In this document: positions 55,862 through 64,000 of the stretch, one piece after another
How the letters are laid out: every line of letters begins with the position of its first letter
Numbering within the stretch: position 1 is the first letter of the stretch
Sequence record: NC_021531.1
Strand: one strand, 5' to 3'
DNA length: 64,000 nt
Program-made: the position numbers and the translations under genes
Notes under the pieces: generated by a model
Databases searched by the model: none
What the model saw: the letters and a program-made list of their open reading frames with translations, nothing else
What the model was told of the DNA's origin: nothing

Positions 55862-56683
55862 ATGGACGATATTCAAGACTCGATAGTTACCGGGACGCCG
55901 CAAGACCCGCCTACTGGTAAGTATCTACAGAAGTGTTTCTGGGAATTGTACGACCAATTAAATCCCGACCCGCGAATGTGGAAGCGATTGGTACGCGAGT
56001 ATGTAGAAGACGAACGCTTTATCGGCAAGTCGACTGCTTCACCCGAAGAACGTATCTCTCGACTGACCACCGCCCTGAGTCGTGGTAACATTAAGCATCT
56101 GCAACCCGATTTAACGTGGAAGCGTTTTATCGAGGGCTTGGTGTTCCTCAAGATTCAATCTCTACGCGTCACGGCAACTGCCTTTCGTGGCAACTGGAAA
56201 ACGAAGAGGACGGTATCCGCTGTCACTCGTCCTGAGACTGACCATCTCCGGGCTGTGAATAAAGAGGATGAAGAAGTGTTTGCTGAATCAGTCGGCCGAA
56301 CACTCAACCGTTACTTCGATAACCCAGAGAAAACCGCGACACGGGTTATGGAACACATCTTACTGAAATTATTTTGGCAGGCCATCGCCCAGTACAAGAT
56401 TGATAGCCGCATGTGGAAGGAACTGTTAATCGTTTACGTTAACAATCCGAAGAACTGTCCGCAAATCAAATCGCGTCGTAACGATGCCCGTCATAATCTC
56501 CAACAATCTATTCGTCGAACCAAAAAGTTAACATGGCGCTTCTTCCTTAAAGCAATGCAGGCGATTGACGTCCGCGAGCTTCGGATGGCGTTTCTCTTTA
56601 CAACCGAGAGCGGTAAAGAGGTGGAGTGTTACTTTGTTGTTGATTTGACGAAGCATACGTTTAAGAGCGGTAAAGATGAGTAA
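55862..56683 (+). CDS. Hypothetical protein with internal domain duplication
   Basis: Two copies of L.K.FW......D.RMWK.L...YV ... LTW..F. Confidence 0.7.
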   Translation: MDDIQDSIVTGTPQDPPTGKYLQKCFWELYDQLNPDPRMWKRLVREYVEDERFIGKSTASPEERISRLTTALSRGNIKHLQPDLTWKRFIEGLVFLKIQSLRVTATAFRGNWKTKRTVSAVTRPETDHLRAVNKEDEEVFAESVGRTLNRYFDNPEKTATRVMEHILLKLFWQAIAQYKIDSRMWKELLIVYVNNPKNCPQIKSRRNDARHNLQQSIRRTKKLTWRFFLKAMQAIDVRELRMAFLFTTESGKEVECYFVVDLTKHTFKSGKDE

Positions 56684-57926
56684 CCTACTTGATAGCGCAT
56701 TGGCAGGCGCAAAAGCAGGCTGGGGTGCCGTATCCGGTAGCGGAACATCGGCAGACCAGCTTACTAAAGCCGTGGGTGGTCTTTATGACCAAATCGCAAA
56801 GAAAGATGCAGTACAGCAGGCTGCGTCTGTAAGGGGGAGTGGTAGCGGGACAGGCCCGACTACTCGCCCGACTATCTTTGAAACCGACCCGACCGGGATG
56901 CTTCCGGAACTCGACCCGATTCTTCGTAAGGTAGCAGTGCCTTTCGAAGGGCTCGACAAGATGGGCAAACAGGTATTGGATTACCTTGACCCGTCGGGTA
57001 AGTTAACTAACCTCGCGAAGAAAGCCGCTGACGCTTTACCGGGGGAATTAAAAGAAGCGGGTACTAAACTCGCTCGAGGCGACATCGTCGACGCCGCAAA
57101 AGGAATTACGGGGCTAAACAGCTTCAAGGATGTGAACCAGTTAATCACCACAAAGGATGGGAAGTTCGGTTTGGACTTTGCGTCGGTGAAAGGTCGCATC
57201 GAAAAATCGTTCGGTATTAACGGCGGGTTGAACGGGCTATCACCGCAAATCCAAAACCTCATCGGTAAAGCCTCAACAGAAATGTACGGCGATGAGATGG
57301 GTGGGATATTCAACAGCGTTGTTGGTGCTGTTGTCAATGCGGACTTCGATTCGGTTTCTGGCGTTACTGATGTCATCAACCGTATCACGGGTCAGTCTAA
57401 ACTCTGGGATGTGTTCGATTTAGGTGCTGCGTCTGCGCTTATCTACGGGTTGACGGACAAGCTCATTGAGTGGGACACGCCAAGCCTCATTGATGGGGTG
57501 CTCGATAAAATCACTGATGTTAAAGCGCAGAAGGCCATGCTCGATGAGCTGGCAATTCGTGCCAGTGCATCAGGTTCACTGAAGTCCACCGAGTATTACG
57601 TGGCGAAACTCAGTGAGGAGCGCAAGAACGCGATTGCGGATTTGGTCATCAGTAACATGATGCGCAGTCTGAGCTTCTGGGCCTCAAGCGGTGACGAGGT
57701 TTCTTACGGTGATTACGGTCGTCGTCTGATAAGTCTGTTTGGCAGCCTGAATCCGAAGTGGGACCGTGACCCCTACGACCCCACTACCCCGAGCTGCTAT
57801 TATTTCACCCTCATGAACGAAACTGCTTACAAGTCATTATTGACCACGGATAAGCGTCCGTTCTGCGCCGTCTTCGGCATCGTTACGCGAGATGATGTGG
57901 ATACGATCATCTCCGATAGCTTTTAG
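56676..57926 (+). CDS. Probable virion structural protein
   Basis: 416 aa, Gly/Ala/Ser-rich N-terminus. Confidence 0.6.
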   Translation: MSNLLDSALAGAKAGWGAVSGSGTSADQLTKAVGGLYDQIAKKDAVQQAASVRGSGSGTGPTTRPTIFETDPTGMLPELDPILRKVAVPFEGLDKMGKQVLDYLDPSGKLTNLAKKAADALPGELKEAGTKLARGDIVDAAKGITGLNSFKDVNQLITTKDGKFGLDFASVKGRIEKSFGINGGLNGLSPQIQNLIGKASTEMYGDEMGGIFNSVVGAVVNADFDSVSGVTDVINRITGQSKLWDVFDLGAASALIYGLTDKLIEWDTPSLIDGVLDKITDVKAQKAMLDELAIRASASGSLKSTEYYVAKLSEERKNAIADLVISNMMRSLSFWASSGDEVSYGDYGRRLISLFGSLNPKWDRDPYDPTTPSCYYFTLMNETAYKSLLTTDKRPFCAVFGIVTRDDVDTIISDSF

Positions 57927-57937
57927 TGGGAGAAGTT

Positions 57938-58954
57938 ATGATTACCATTAACCCGAAAGTAGTACCGTTAACACGTCTGGCAGGGTTGCTGAGGGTGTTA
58001 ACGCTGGGTACGCGCTACGACCATTCTTGCCAAGGAGAAGGTAAAGAGAAAGTCATTGCCCGTATCAGACACGACATGTTGTTAGAGCAGGTGTTTCCAT
58101 CGAAGTTCGAAGAGGGGATGTCTGAGCTGGCGCTGCTCGAGATTTATAAAACGGGGAAATACGATGCGAAGTACGGCATAGCCATGGCACAGCGGAACGG
58201 CTTAAACCTGCCGAAAGCGAATGCCCACGACTACGATGTGACCAAATGCAGTTTGAGGTCGCTGAGCGTACATCCCGGACCGCTGCGTCATGACCGCGAT
58301 ACCGAACTGTTCGTGCATATGCGTCGTATTGGTGCGGTGTCGATTGTGGGTGAGCAGGAAGATGGTACTGACGGGGTTAACCATGTCAATATCTATTCGG
58401 ATGGGCGCACCATGGTAGGTCGTCTCGCCAGTAATTTTAGCGAAGGTCCATTCGAGACAATAGACGGTACGTTCTTCACGCTTGAAGGCTACTATCACTG
58501 GTTGCGCATTCGTGACTGGACACAGGCTACCAAATACGCTTTTAACATGGCGGCGATGGAAGACATGTATCCGGGCCTACGGAAACTGCGGACTGTGACC
58601 GGTACGGAAGCCATTCGCTTAGGGCGCACACTCAAGTCCAACATCTACGGCGGTACGAAATACCGTACAGGGCCTTTCTCGAAAGAGTCGTTGGAGCGTT
58701 TTCGTTGGGCGTTAGCCGGGAAGTTACACAAGCTGCGTTACAATAATGTGACACTGGGTAACTATTTGTCGATGATGGTGTATTGCGGTTTTCCGTTAAC
58801 GCATTACTACGTGTATAACGGTAAAGTGAAATACCCGGACTTCCGCGAGTGGTTGCCTAACTTATTGTCTGGCTTGTTGGAACATATAGACCCCAACGAT
58901 TCGGACTTCGATTTAGCTGCGCTACAAGCGAAAATAACAGAGGGTTCGATATGA
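57938..58954 (+). CDS. Protein with C-terminal NADAR / T4 gp30.3-like domain
   Basis: VNIYS..GRLASNFSEGPFETIDGTFFTLEGYYHW..GTEAIRLGR resembles T4 gp30.3 LSNFAQWPF.MDG..F..LEGF..GLAAQQAGR (from recall). Confidence 0.6.
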   Translation: MITINPKVVPLTRLAGLLRVLTLGTRYDHSCQGEGKEKVIARIRHDMLLEQVFPSKFEEGMSELALLEIYKTGKYDAKYGIAMAQRNGLNLPKANAHDYDVTKCSLRSLSVHPGPLRHDRDTELFVHMRRIGAVSIVGEQEDGTDGVNHVNIYSDGRTMVGRLASNFSEGPFETIDGTFFTLEGYYHWLRIRDWTQATKYAFNMAAMEDMYPGLRKLRTVTGTEAIRLGRTLKSNIYGGTKYRTGPFSKESLERFRWALAGKLHKLRYNNVTLGNYLSMMVYCGFPLTHYYVYNGKVKYPDFREWLPNLLSGLLEHIDPNDSDFDLAALQAKITEGSI

Positions 58955-59616
58955 CTTTTAGTCTGACTGCCATGCTCGAAGGGCTGGACAAAGACAAGGA
59001 GTGGGGTCATCAACAGGCTGCTCAGGAATCTATCTCGGTTGAGAAAGAGAAAGAGTATTGCCTGTGGGTGAAGCCAACGTCTGCAGGGTGGCAGTGGCTG
59101 GGTGAGCAACAGAGTACGCCGACACTGGATATTCTGATGCCTATCGAAGGGGCACGTCGTCGCTGCCGCATTCGTCCGGATGGGGCGAAGTTAACGTTGA
59201 AGCAACGTATCAACAATGAGACGGTGGAAGAGAACAGCGATATCGGTTTCGGTATGGCGTTGTCGTTCTACGCAGATGGGTTTAATGCTCACCTGTTCCG
59301 CCGTATTCATCTGGAAGCCGCTCCGGAATTAATGGAGCAGGGCGCGAAACACTGGGACATCGATATTTTCCATATCGTGCCACAGCATCCGCAACTGCCG
59401 GACATTCAGGCGCTGAACGATTTATCAGACACGCTTCGCCAGACCACCGCTTACGGTGATTTGGTAAAAGTGGAACTGGAGGTGGGGACGTTCTTCACTG
59501 ACAGCATCCGTGACCTACTGCCGTTTGAAGTCGAGGAGATTTATCCTTCTCGTCCGAAAGACGAAGAAACGCAGGTTATGTTGGCTGATTACTGGGATAA
59601 CATTACCAGTATTTGA
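58951..59616 (+). CDS. CYTH-like triphosphate-tunnel metalloenzyme
   Basis: EKEKEY (ExExK-like), CRIR..LTLK, EEN, WDIDIF, VELEV. Confidence 0.65.
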   Translation: MTFSLTAMLEGLDKDKEWGHQQAAQESISVEKEKEYCLWVKPTSAGWQWLGEQQSTPTLDILMPIEGARRRCRIRPDGAKLTLKQRINNETVEENSDIGFGMALSFYADGFNAHLFRRIHLEAAPELMEQGAKHWDIDIFHIVPQHPQLPDIQALNDLSDTLRQTTAYGDLVKVELEVGTFFTDSIRDLLPFEVEEIYPSRPKDEETQVMLADYWDNITSI

Positions 59617-59622
59617 TATACA

Positions 59623-59655
59623 CCCAGCCCCGGTGGGCTGGGTTTCTTTCTTTTC
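59623..59655 (+). terminator. Intrinsic terminator
   Basis: CCCAGCCC-cggt-GGGCTGGG followed by a T-rich tail. Confidence 0.85.
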
Positions 59656-59672
59656 TTCCTCAGGAGTATTCC

Positions 59673-60056
59673 ATGTTTCAGGTTAAAATCAGCAAAGAAA
59701 ATGTCTTGACCGTTAACGGTATTGAGGTTCCCGGTGGTTCCCAGCCGCGTTTCCTGTCTTTGTTCTCGCACATCACCCCGAATGCCAAAGTGGTTATTGG
59801 GACACCAAAAGGCCACAGTGTTGAACATCCGGATGCGGGTACGCACTACATCGCGTTTATCCGCGCTGACCAAGCAGCATTCGATATGCTGAAGCAGTTT
59901 GTCTCAACCGAGCCGGTTGACATGGAAAACGAAGAGACGGTTATCATTCGCGACGATGGTGATTTCCATGGCAAGCGCTATGCGGAAATCTATCACGTTA
60001 TCCGCCGCCCGAAAGCAGAAGTGGTTACCGACACCGCTGATTACGACGACGAGTAA
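59673..60056 (+). CDS. Hypothetical protein
   Basis: Start MFQVK, SD AGGAG. Confidence 0.7.
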   Translation: MFQVKISKENVLTVNGIEVPGGSQPRFLSLFSHITPNAKVVIGTPKGHSVEHPDAGTHYIAFIRADQAAFDMLKQFVSTEPVDMENEETVIIRDDGDFHGKRYAEIYHVIRRPKAEVVTDTADYDDE

Positions 60057-60253
60057 TTTTTAACATCACGGCAGTTAGTTATGTAAATACTGCTTTGTCG
60101 AGGCATAAGCTTAAATGCGCAAAAAGTTCTGGCGTTCGATTCTAACCATTTTAGTCATACTGTCCATCGCAGGTTACGTAAGCGCAACCCTGCAAGCACT
60201 AATCTGGTCCGGTGTATTACGAACGTCGACGTATCACACATCTCGAGGTTACA

Positions 60254-60709
60254 ATGAATAAATTCGACTTGACAGACGACTGGCGTATGACCCTAAACGG
60301 GATGACGTCAGAGCCTATCACGGAAGAGCACCGTGAGCTGTTCGCTCGCCTGAGAAAGGTGGTGAAGGGGCATGAGTTTAAAATCATCCTGACCACCAAT
60401 CCGTTAGCGCCGAACCCGAAAGCGATCGATGGCATTATCTATATGCCGGTTATCGCTGAAATCGCACCGAAAGAAGCTGACTTCATCCTGACCATGGGTA
60501 AGCTCACCAACGACGTGGACGGCGACTACGGTATGCACTGTCTGAAAGCCCGCACACCCGTCGTCAAAGACTGGGAAGTGCGTGGGGACGGTCGTGAAGT
60601 GCTGACCGGTCGTGACGTGGTACTGGCGTTCATTCCGGGTGAAGACGTTCAGGGTCGTACTTTCATTAACTTCTGGGACGACTTCGATGCCGAACAAACT
60701 GAGAATTGA
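60254..60709 (+). CDS. Hypothetical protein
   Basis: Start MNKFD, SD GAGG. Confidence 0.7.
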   Translation: MNKFDLTDDWRMTLNGMTSEPITEEHRELFARLRKVVKGHEFKIILTTNPLAPNPKAIDGIIYMPVIAEIAPKEADFILTMGKLTNDVDGDYGMHCLKARTPVVKDWEVRGDGREVLTGRDVVLAFIPGEDVQGRTFINFWDDFDAEQTEN

Positions 60710-61088
60710 AAACGACGAGATTGTCATCAATGACAAACCAATCGGCAATCTCAATCTGGCACGCTGGGTACTTGACGAGCTGGAAAACAAGTTCGGGCAA
60801 GATGAGTTCTACCTGACGGTCATCGGCGTGCCGCCGAACAATGACGCATGGAAAAACCGCATGCCGGTCATGCGCGAACTCAGTGAAGAAGGGTTCGTTA
60901 CGCTTTACAAAGCGGCAACCATCCGCGGGTGGATTAGCGACCCTGAAGTGGCGGCCCACCTTGCTATGGTAGCAAACAAAGCTGTCCCGTTTGCGAACGG
61001 TCACGTCCCTGCGGATGCGAACGACCTGCTGTTGTGGGCGAACCACGACATTGAAAATAAAACCACAACCTATCATCTCGTTTATTAA
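60687..61088 (+). CDS. Hypothetical protein
   Basis: Start MPNKL overlapping the upstream gene by 23 nt. Confidence 0.6.
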   Translation: MPNKLRIENDEIVINDKPIGNLNLARWVLDELENKFGQDEFYLTVIGVPPNNDAWKNRMPVMRELSEEGFVTLYKAATIRGWISDPEVAAHLAMVANKAVPFANGHVPADANDLLLWANHDIENKTTTYHLVY

Positions 61089-61097
61089 GGAAACCTC

Positions 61098-61529
61098 ATG
61101 GAGCAGTCAATGCTAAACACACTGGAGTACAGTGACGAAGACCTGTACGTTAATAACCTGACCATTGTGTTGGACAAGCTCGACCCTGAGTATCTCACTG
61201 GTCTGGTAAAGCGTTTCCCAGAGCCGGTTGCTATCGTACACCTGTCGCGCTTGGCGCAGATTCCTGAAAACTATGAGCTGGCCAATCTCATGGTGAAAGA
61301 AATCGCGTCTTACGAAGCGTCCGGCATTGTGAACTCATCCAGTGCTTATTCTTTGGTTGATGACCCGTCAATCAAGAAGGCCGTCTGCAAAGAGCTTATC
61401 GGTTCGCCGCATGATATGGTGATGGCCGCGCCACAGCCGTCTGCAGACTTCGATTACAAGAATGCGTTGTACATTGTCTTTACGGCAACCGACGCCGGTA
61501 TCGAATACGCATTAGCGTATTTTAAATAA
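61098..61529 (+). CDS. Hypothetical protein
   Basis: 143 aa, SD AAGGA. Confidence 0.7.
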   Translation: MEQSMLNTLEYSDEDLYVNNLTIVLDKLDPEYLTGLVKRFPEPVAIVHLSRLAQIPENYELANLMVKEIASYEASGIVNSSSAYSLVDDPSIKKAVCKELIGSPHDMVMAAPQPSADFDYKNALYIVFTATDAGIEYALAYFK

Positions 61530-61535
61530 CACAGG

Positions 61536-61565
61536 GGTGTCTCTTCGGGGACACCTAAATTTAAT
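61536..61565 (+). terminator. Probable terminator hairpin
   Basis: GGTGTCTC-TTCG-GGGACACC followed by an AT-rich tail. Confidence 0.6.
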
Positions 61566-61587
61566 TATTTTTCGTGAGGTATTCATC

Positions 61588-61971
61588 ATGTTAAAGAAAT
61601 GGTTAATTGCAATCTGCTGGTCAATGCTGTATTTCTCAAGCCACGCGTATGCGCTCTCTTTCAAAGAGGTCGCGAAATGGCCTGAACCGATACGACCATC
61701 GTTTAGTACGGTCGTTGGGATGAACGATAACAAAGTGGCAATACAGGCAGGCGCGTATATCCTGATTCGTGCGTATGCAGGCGACGCTTGTCCTGCCGGC
61801 CAGTATTTCTTGGCTAACACTGAACTGCGCACCGTTACGTCTGTTGAAATCGGGACCTGCGACGAAGATGAACTGAGCTTCGGGGTCAACAAAGCAAAAG
61901 GCACAGGCAATAACAAATCGATAGACGTATACAGTCACGGCGATTTAGCCGCCCGTATACCGGTCTATTGA
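61588..61971 (+). CDS. Secreted/periplasmic hypothetical protein
   Basis: Signal peptide MLKKWLIAICWSMLYFSSHAYA, two Cys in the mature part, SD GAGG. Confidence 0.7.
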   Translation: MLKKWLIAICWSMLYFSSHAYALSFKEVAKWPEPIRPSFSTVVGMNDNKVAIQAGAYILIRAYAGDACPAGQYFLANTELRTVTSVEIGTCDEDELSFGVNKAKGTGNNKSIDVYSHGDLAARIPVY

Positions 61972-62018
61972 TAAAAAAATAAAAGGTACACCCCCGGTTG
62001 GGGGTGTATTCTTTTTTT
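61972..62018. terminator. Bidirectional terminator
   Basis: TACACCCCC-ggtt-GGGGGTGTA with A- and T-tracts. Confidence 0.85.
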
Positions 62019-62023
62019 GTTTC

Positions 62024-64000
62024 TTACAGACGAGATGGGCCACCCATGAAGGCTGCCACCACACGAGCAGGCGGAGTATCCATTACCGAGTTGACAATGT
62101 TACTCACAGAAGCAGCAGACTTCCAACTCATCAGCCACTTGTTCCAGTTCATGTTAAACATCTCAATACCTTTAGTGCGCTGATGCAGAGAAGCCCCGCC
62201 CAGTACAGCCATAAAGTCTGAGAATTTGTTATCGTCATCGAACACACCCGGGTCAGTAACGAGCGGCATATGCATCACACGGGACAAATCTTTGATGGTG
62301 ACACTGATGTCAACACTCAATGGAATCCCGTCTTTACGCCAGCCTAAGTTACCCACACCGAACGTCATGCTCACGTTGGTTACCATTGCATTACGGAACG
62401 CAAAGCGACCGCGGGAGTAACATTCGAGATAGAACGGGTGGATATACGTTTGCTTACCGGTCGACAGTGGGCACACCGCCGCAATCCAGAACGCAATAGG
62501 CACGATGATTTCTTGGAACACGTCCAAGTCATTACCAGACCACGCGCGAAGTGGAATGTTCAGTGTGAAGTCGTCACCTGAGGTGTCAGATGAATCCCAC
62601 ACTTCCGGGAAGTCAACCACCGACTGACTGTACAGTGCAGCCAGCCCCGTTAAGTGGAGCGTATCCAGTGCACCACCCAACGCAGACTTAACGCCTTCGA
62701 TAGCACCATCCACAAAGTCCGCACCCGTTTTCCCGCCTGATGTGTTTACATCAAGACTACGGGCAGCAGAGGTCATACTGTTCACCTTGCCAGAAATCTC
62801 CGGCTCTTTGGTGGAGTTTGACCAGCTACGTTGTGTGGTATCACGTCCGTCTATACGCCATGTAACCCACTGTGCGCCGTCTTGTAACTCAGACAATGCC
62901 TGAGTAGAGATTTTAGTGGCGAGCGTCTTCACGGCCTTCTCAGCCCCGTCTACGAACTCACCCATCAAATCCCCGAATGACTTACCGCCGGTTTCGTCGT
63001 TAAACTTCTGAATCTCTTCATCCGTTAACCCACCGGTTGCCAGCTTCTCGACGCCAGACGTCGTCATAGTCGGTTCAGGGGCGGTACCGTTCTCAACGTT
63101 CTGAGCGGTCTGGTCCTGGTTGTAGTTCGAACGCAGCTGGTTAAGGGTAGCCGTCGCCTCCTCTTCCTTCGCGTCCTCAATCCCGATATACCCGGCGTTC
63201 TCTTTGTGATACAGCTCGAGGTCAGCCAGAGAGATTTCATACTTCTGTGCCGCTTCACGGACCTGCTGGGTATAACGGGCGTTACGATAGAAACGCTCAA
63301 GCTTCGCCTGCACGTCTTCGATACTGCTACCGTCATTGTAAATCTGCTCCAGCATAGTCGCCTGATAGTTGGCGAGAGTCTGGTAACGGTTAATCATCTT
63401 GTAGACGTCAAACTCACCGTTAGACTTCCAGATGCCCGGCAGCATGTTATACAGGTCTTTGCGGTCACCGTAGTATTTGTTCTCCGGCTGGTCAATCCCT
63501 TTCATCTGCGCTTGCTGACGTTTGTCGTCGTAGATGTTCCACTGGCCGAGTGACTGAATAGGAACCAGTTTACGGTACAGCAGCTGGGTGTTGATGATGT
63601 TCTGCACAGCACGTAGATACAGGTGCATCGTCGGCTTGACGTAGTAATACTTCGACGTCTGTTTGTTCAGCACCATTTTGATGATGCGCGGGATAATAAG
63701 AATCGAAGCAAAGGCCACGGTTCCCACTGCAGCCCAGATTGCGGCTCCCGTTACCCACGATGCCACGGTACGAATGATACGGGTGTAATCACCGGTACGG
63801 GCCAGATACGCAAGGTTCGAGTCGTACATGTTCGCAAAGAAGGCGACCACGCCCAAGTATTTCGGTTTCCCGTAACGACAGTGGACATAGAAGGCGTTCT
63901 CTTCGATAGACTCTTGGTAGTACGTCCCTAAGGTGTACGAGCCGGCTTCTGCTTGTGCTTGTATCTTCTCCTGTTGGTCCCCGCGGCTGTAGTTAAGCGG
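62024..64000 (-). CDS. Large virion structural protein (baseplate/tail-tube-like C-domain); 5' end outside the window
   Basis: The frame stays open to position 64000. C-terminal FPEVWDSS..PFYLECYSRG..MVTNVSMTFG..LSVDISVTIKDL resembles tube/baseplate-type folds. Confidence 0.65.
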   Translation of the reverse strand, partial: PLNYSRGDQQEKIQAQAEAGSYTLGTYYQESIEENAFYVHCRYGKPKYLGVVAFFANMYDSNLAYLARTGDYTRIIRTVASWVTGAAIWAAVGTVAFASILIIPRIIKMVLNKQTSKYYYVKPTMHLYLRAVQNIINTQLLYRKLVPIQSLGQWNIYDDKRQQAQMKGIDQPENKYYGDRKDLYNMLPGIWKSNGEFDVYKMINRYQTLANYQATMLEQIYNDGSSIEDVQAKLERFYRNARYTQQVREAAQKYEISLADLELYHKENAGYIGIEDAKEEEATATLNQLRSNYNQDQTAQNVENGTAPEPTMTTSGVEKLATGGLTDEEIQKFNDETGGKSFGDLMGEFVDGAEKAVKTLATKISTQALSELQDGAQWVTWRIDGRDTTQRSWSNSTKEPEISGKVNSMTSAARSLDVNTSGGKTGADFVDGAIEGVKSALGGALDTLHLTGLAALYSQSVVDFPEVWDSSDTSGDDFTLNIPLRAWSGNDLDVFQEIIVPIAFWIAAVCPLSTGKQTYIHPFYLECYSRGRFAFRNAMVTNVSMTFGVGNLGWRKDGIPLSVDISVTIKDLSRVMHMPLVTDPGVFDDDNKFSDFMAVLGGASLHQRTKGIEMFNMNWNKWLMSWKSAASVSNIVNSVMDTPPARVVAAFMGGPSRL

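Noticed and set aside
60120-60150. Canonical tRNA gene
   Set aside because: The T-loop-like sequence lacks a pairing T-stem and I could not fold a cloverleaf; kept only as a weak ncRNA candidate.
1-64000. Isolated TATG tetramers as late promoters genome-wide
   Set aside because: A 4-mer occurs by chance about every 256 bp per strand. Only cases in intergenic gaps with added context (27747, 13065, and AGTATG at 29339, 30522 and 51558) were considered.
1-64000. rRNA, transposase, integrase, CRISPR-Cas, retron/RT, DGR
   Set aside because: No supporting motifs or repeats recognised.

Overview
This is a 64-kb segment of a phiKZ-like jumbo phage (Chimalliviridae type), roughly 50% GC by eye. The host is probably enterobacterial, inferred from a DUF1471/BhsA-type gene. 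Family evidence: a split virion RNA polymerase beta C-terminal fragment, a long UvsX/RecA, an RNase H with a long C-terminal extension, an SbcC-like ATPase next to a central-spike gene, phiKZ-type TATATTAC-like early motifs and TATG late motifs. The left 30 kb is a virion tail/fibre region: a gp38-like adhesin fusion, a paralogous structural family, three giant fibre proteins and a spike. The right 34 kb mixes early small genes, lysis genes (SLT transglycosylase, putative spanin pair), nucleic-acid enzymes and candidate anti-ADP-ribosylation enzymes (DarG-like macrodomain, NADAR/T4 gp30.3-like). The standout is a self-contained ~5.4-kb cassette (about 7630-13080, minus strand) inside the tail-fibre cluster. 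It has three small genes sharing an MAVSLN leader; two of them carry exactly 21 Cys in CXXX repeats. It also has two radical SAM enzymes (one with a full SPASM domain), two unknown proteins and a DUF4376 tail-chaperone-like gene. This looks like a phage-encoded RiPP-type maturation system that may act on virion or tail components. No tRNA, rRNA, CRISPR array or mobile element was recognised. All family assignments come from motif recognition by eye; no database search was run.
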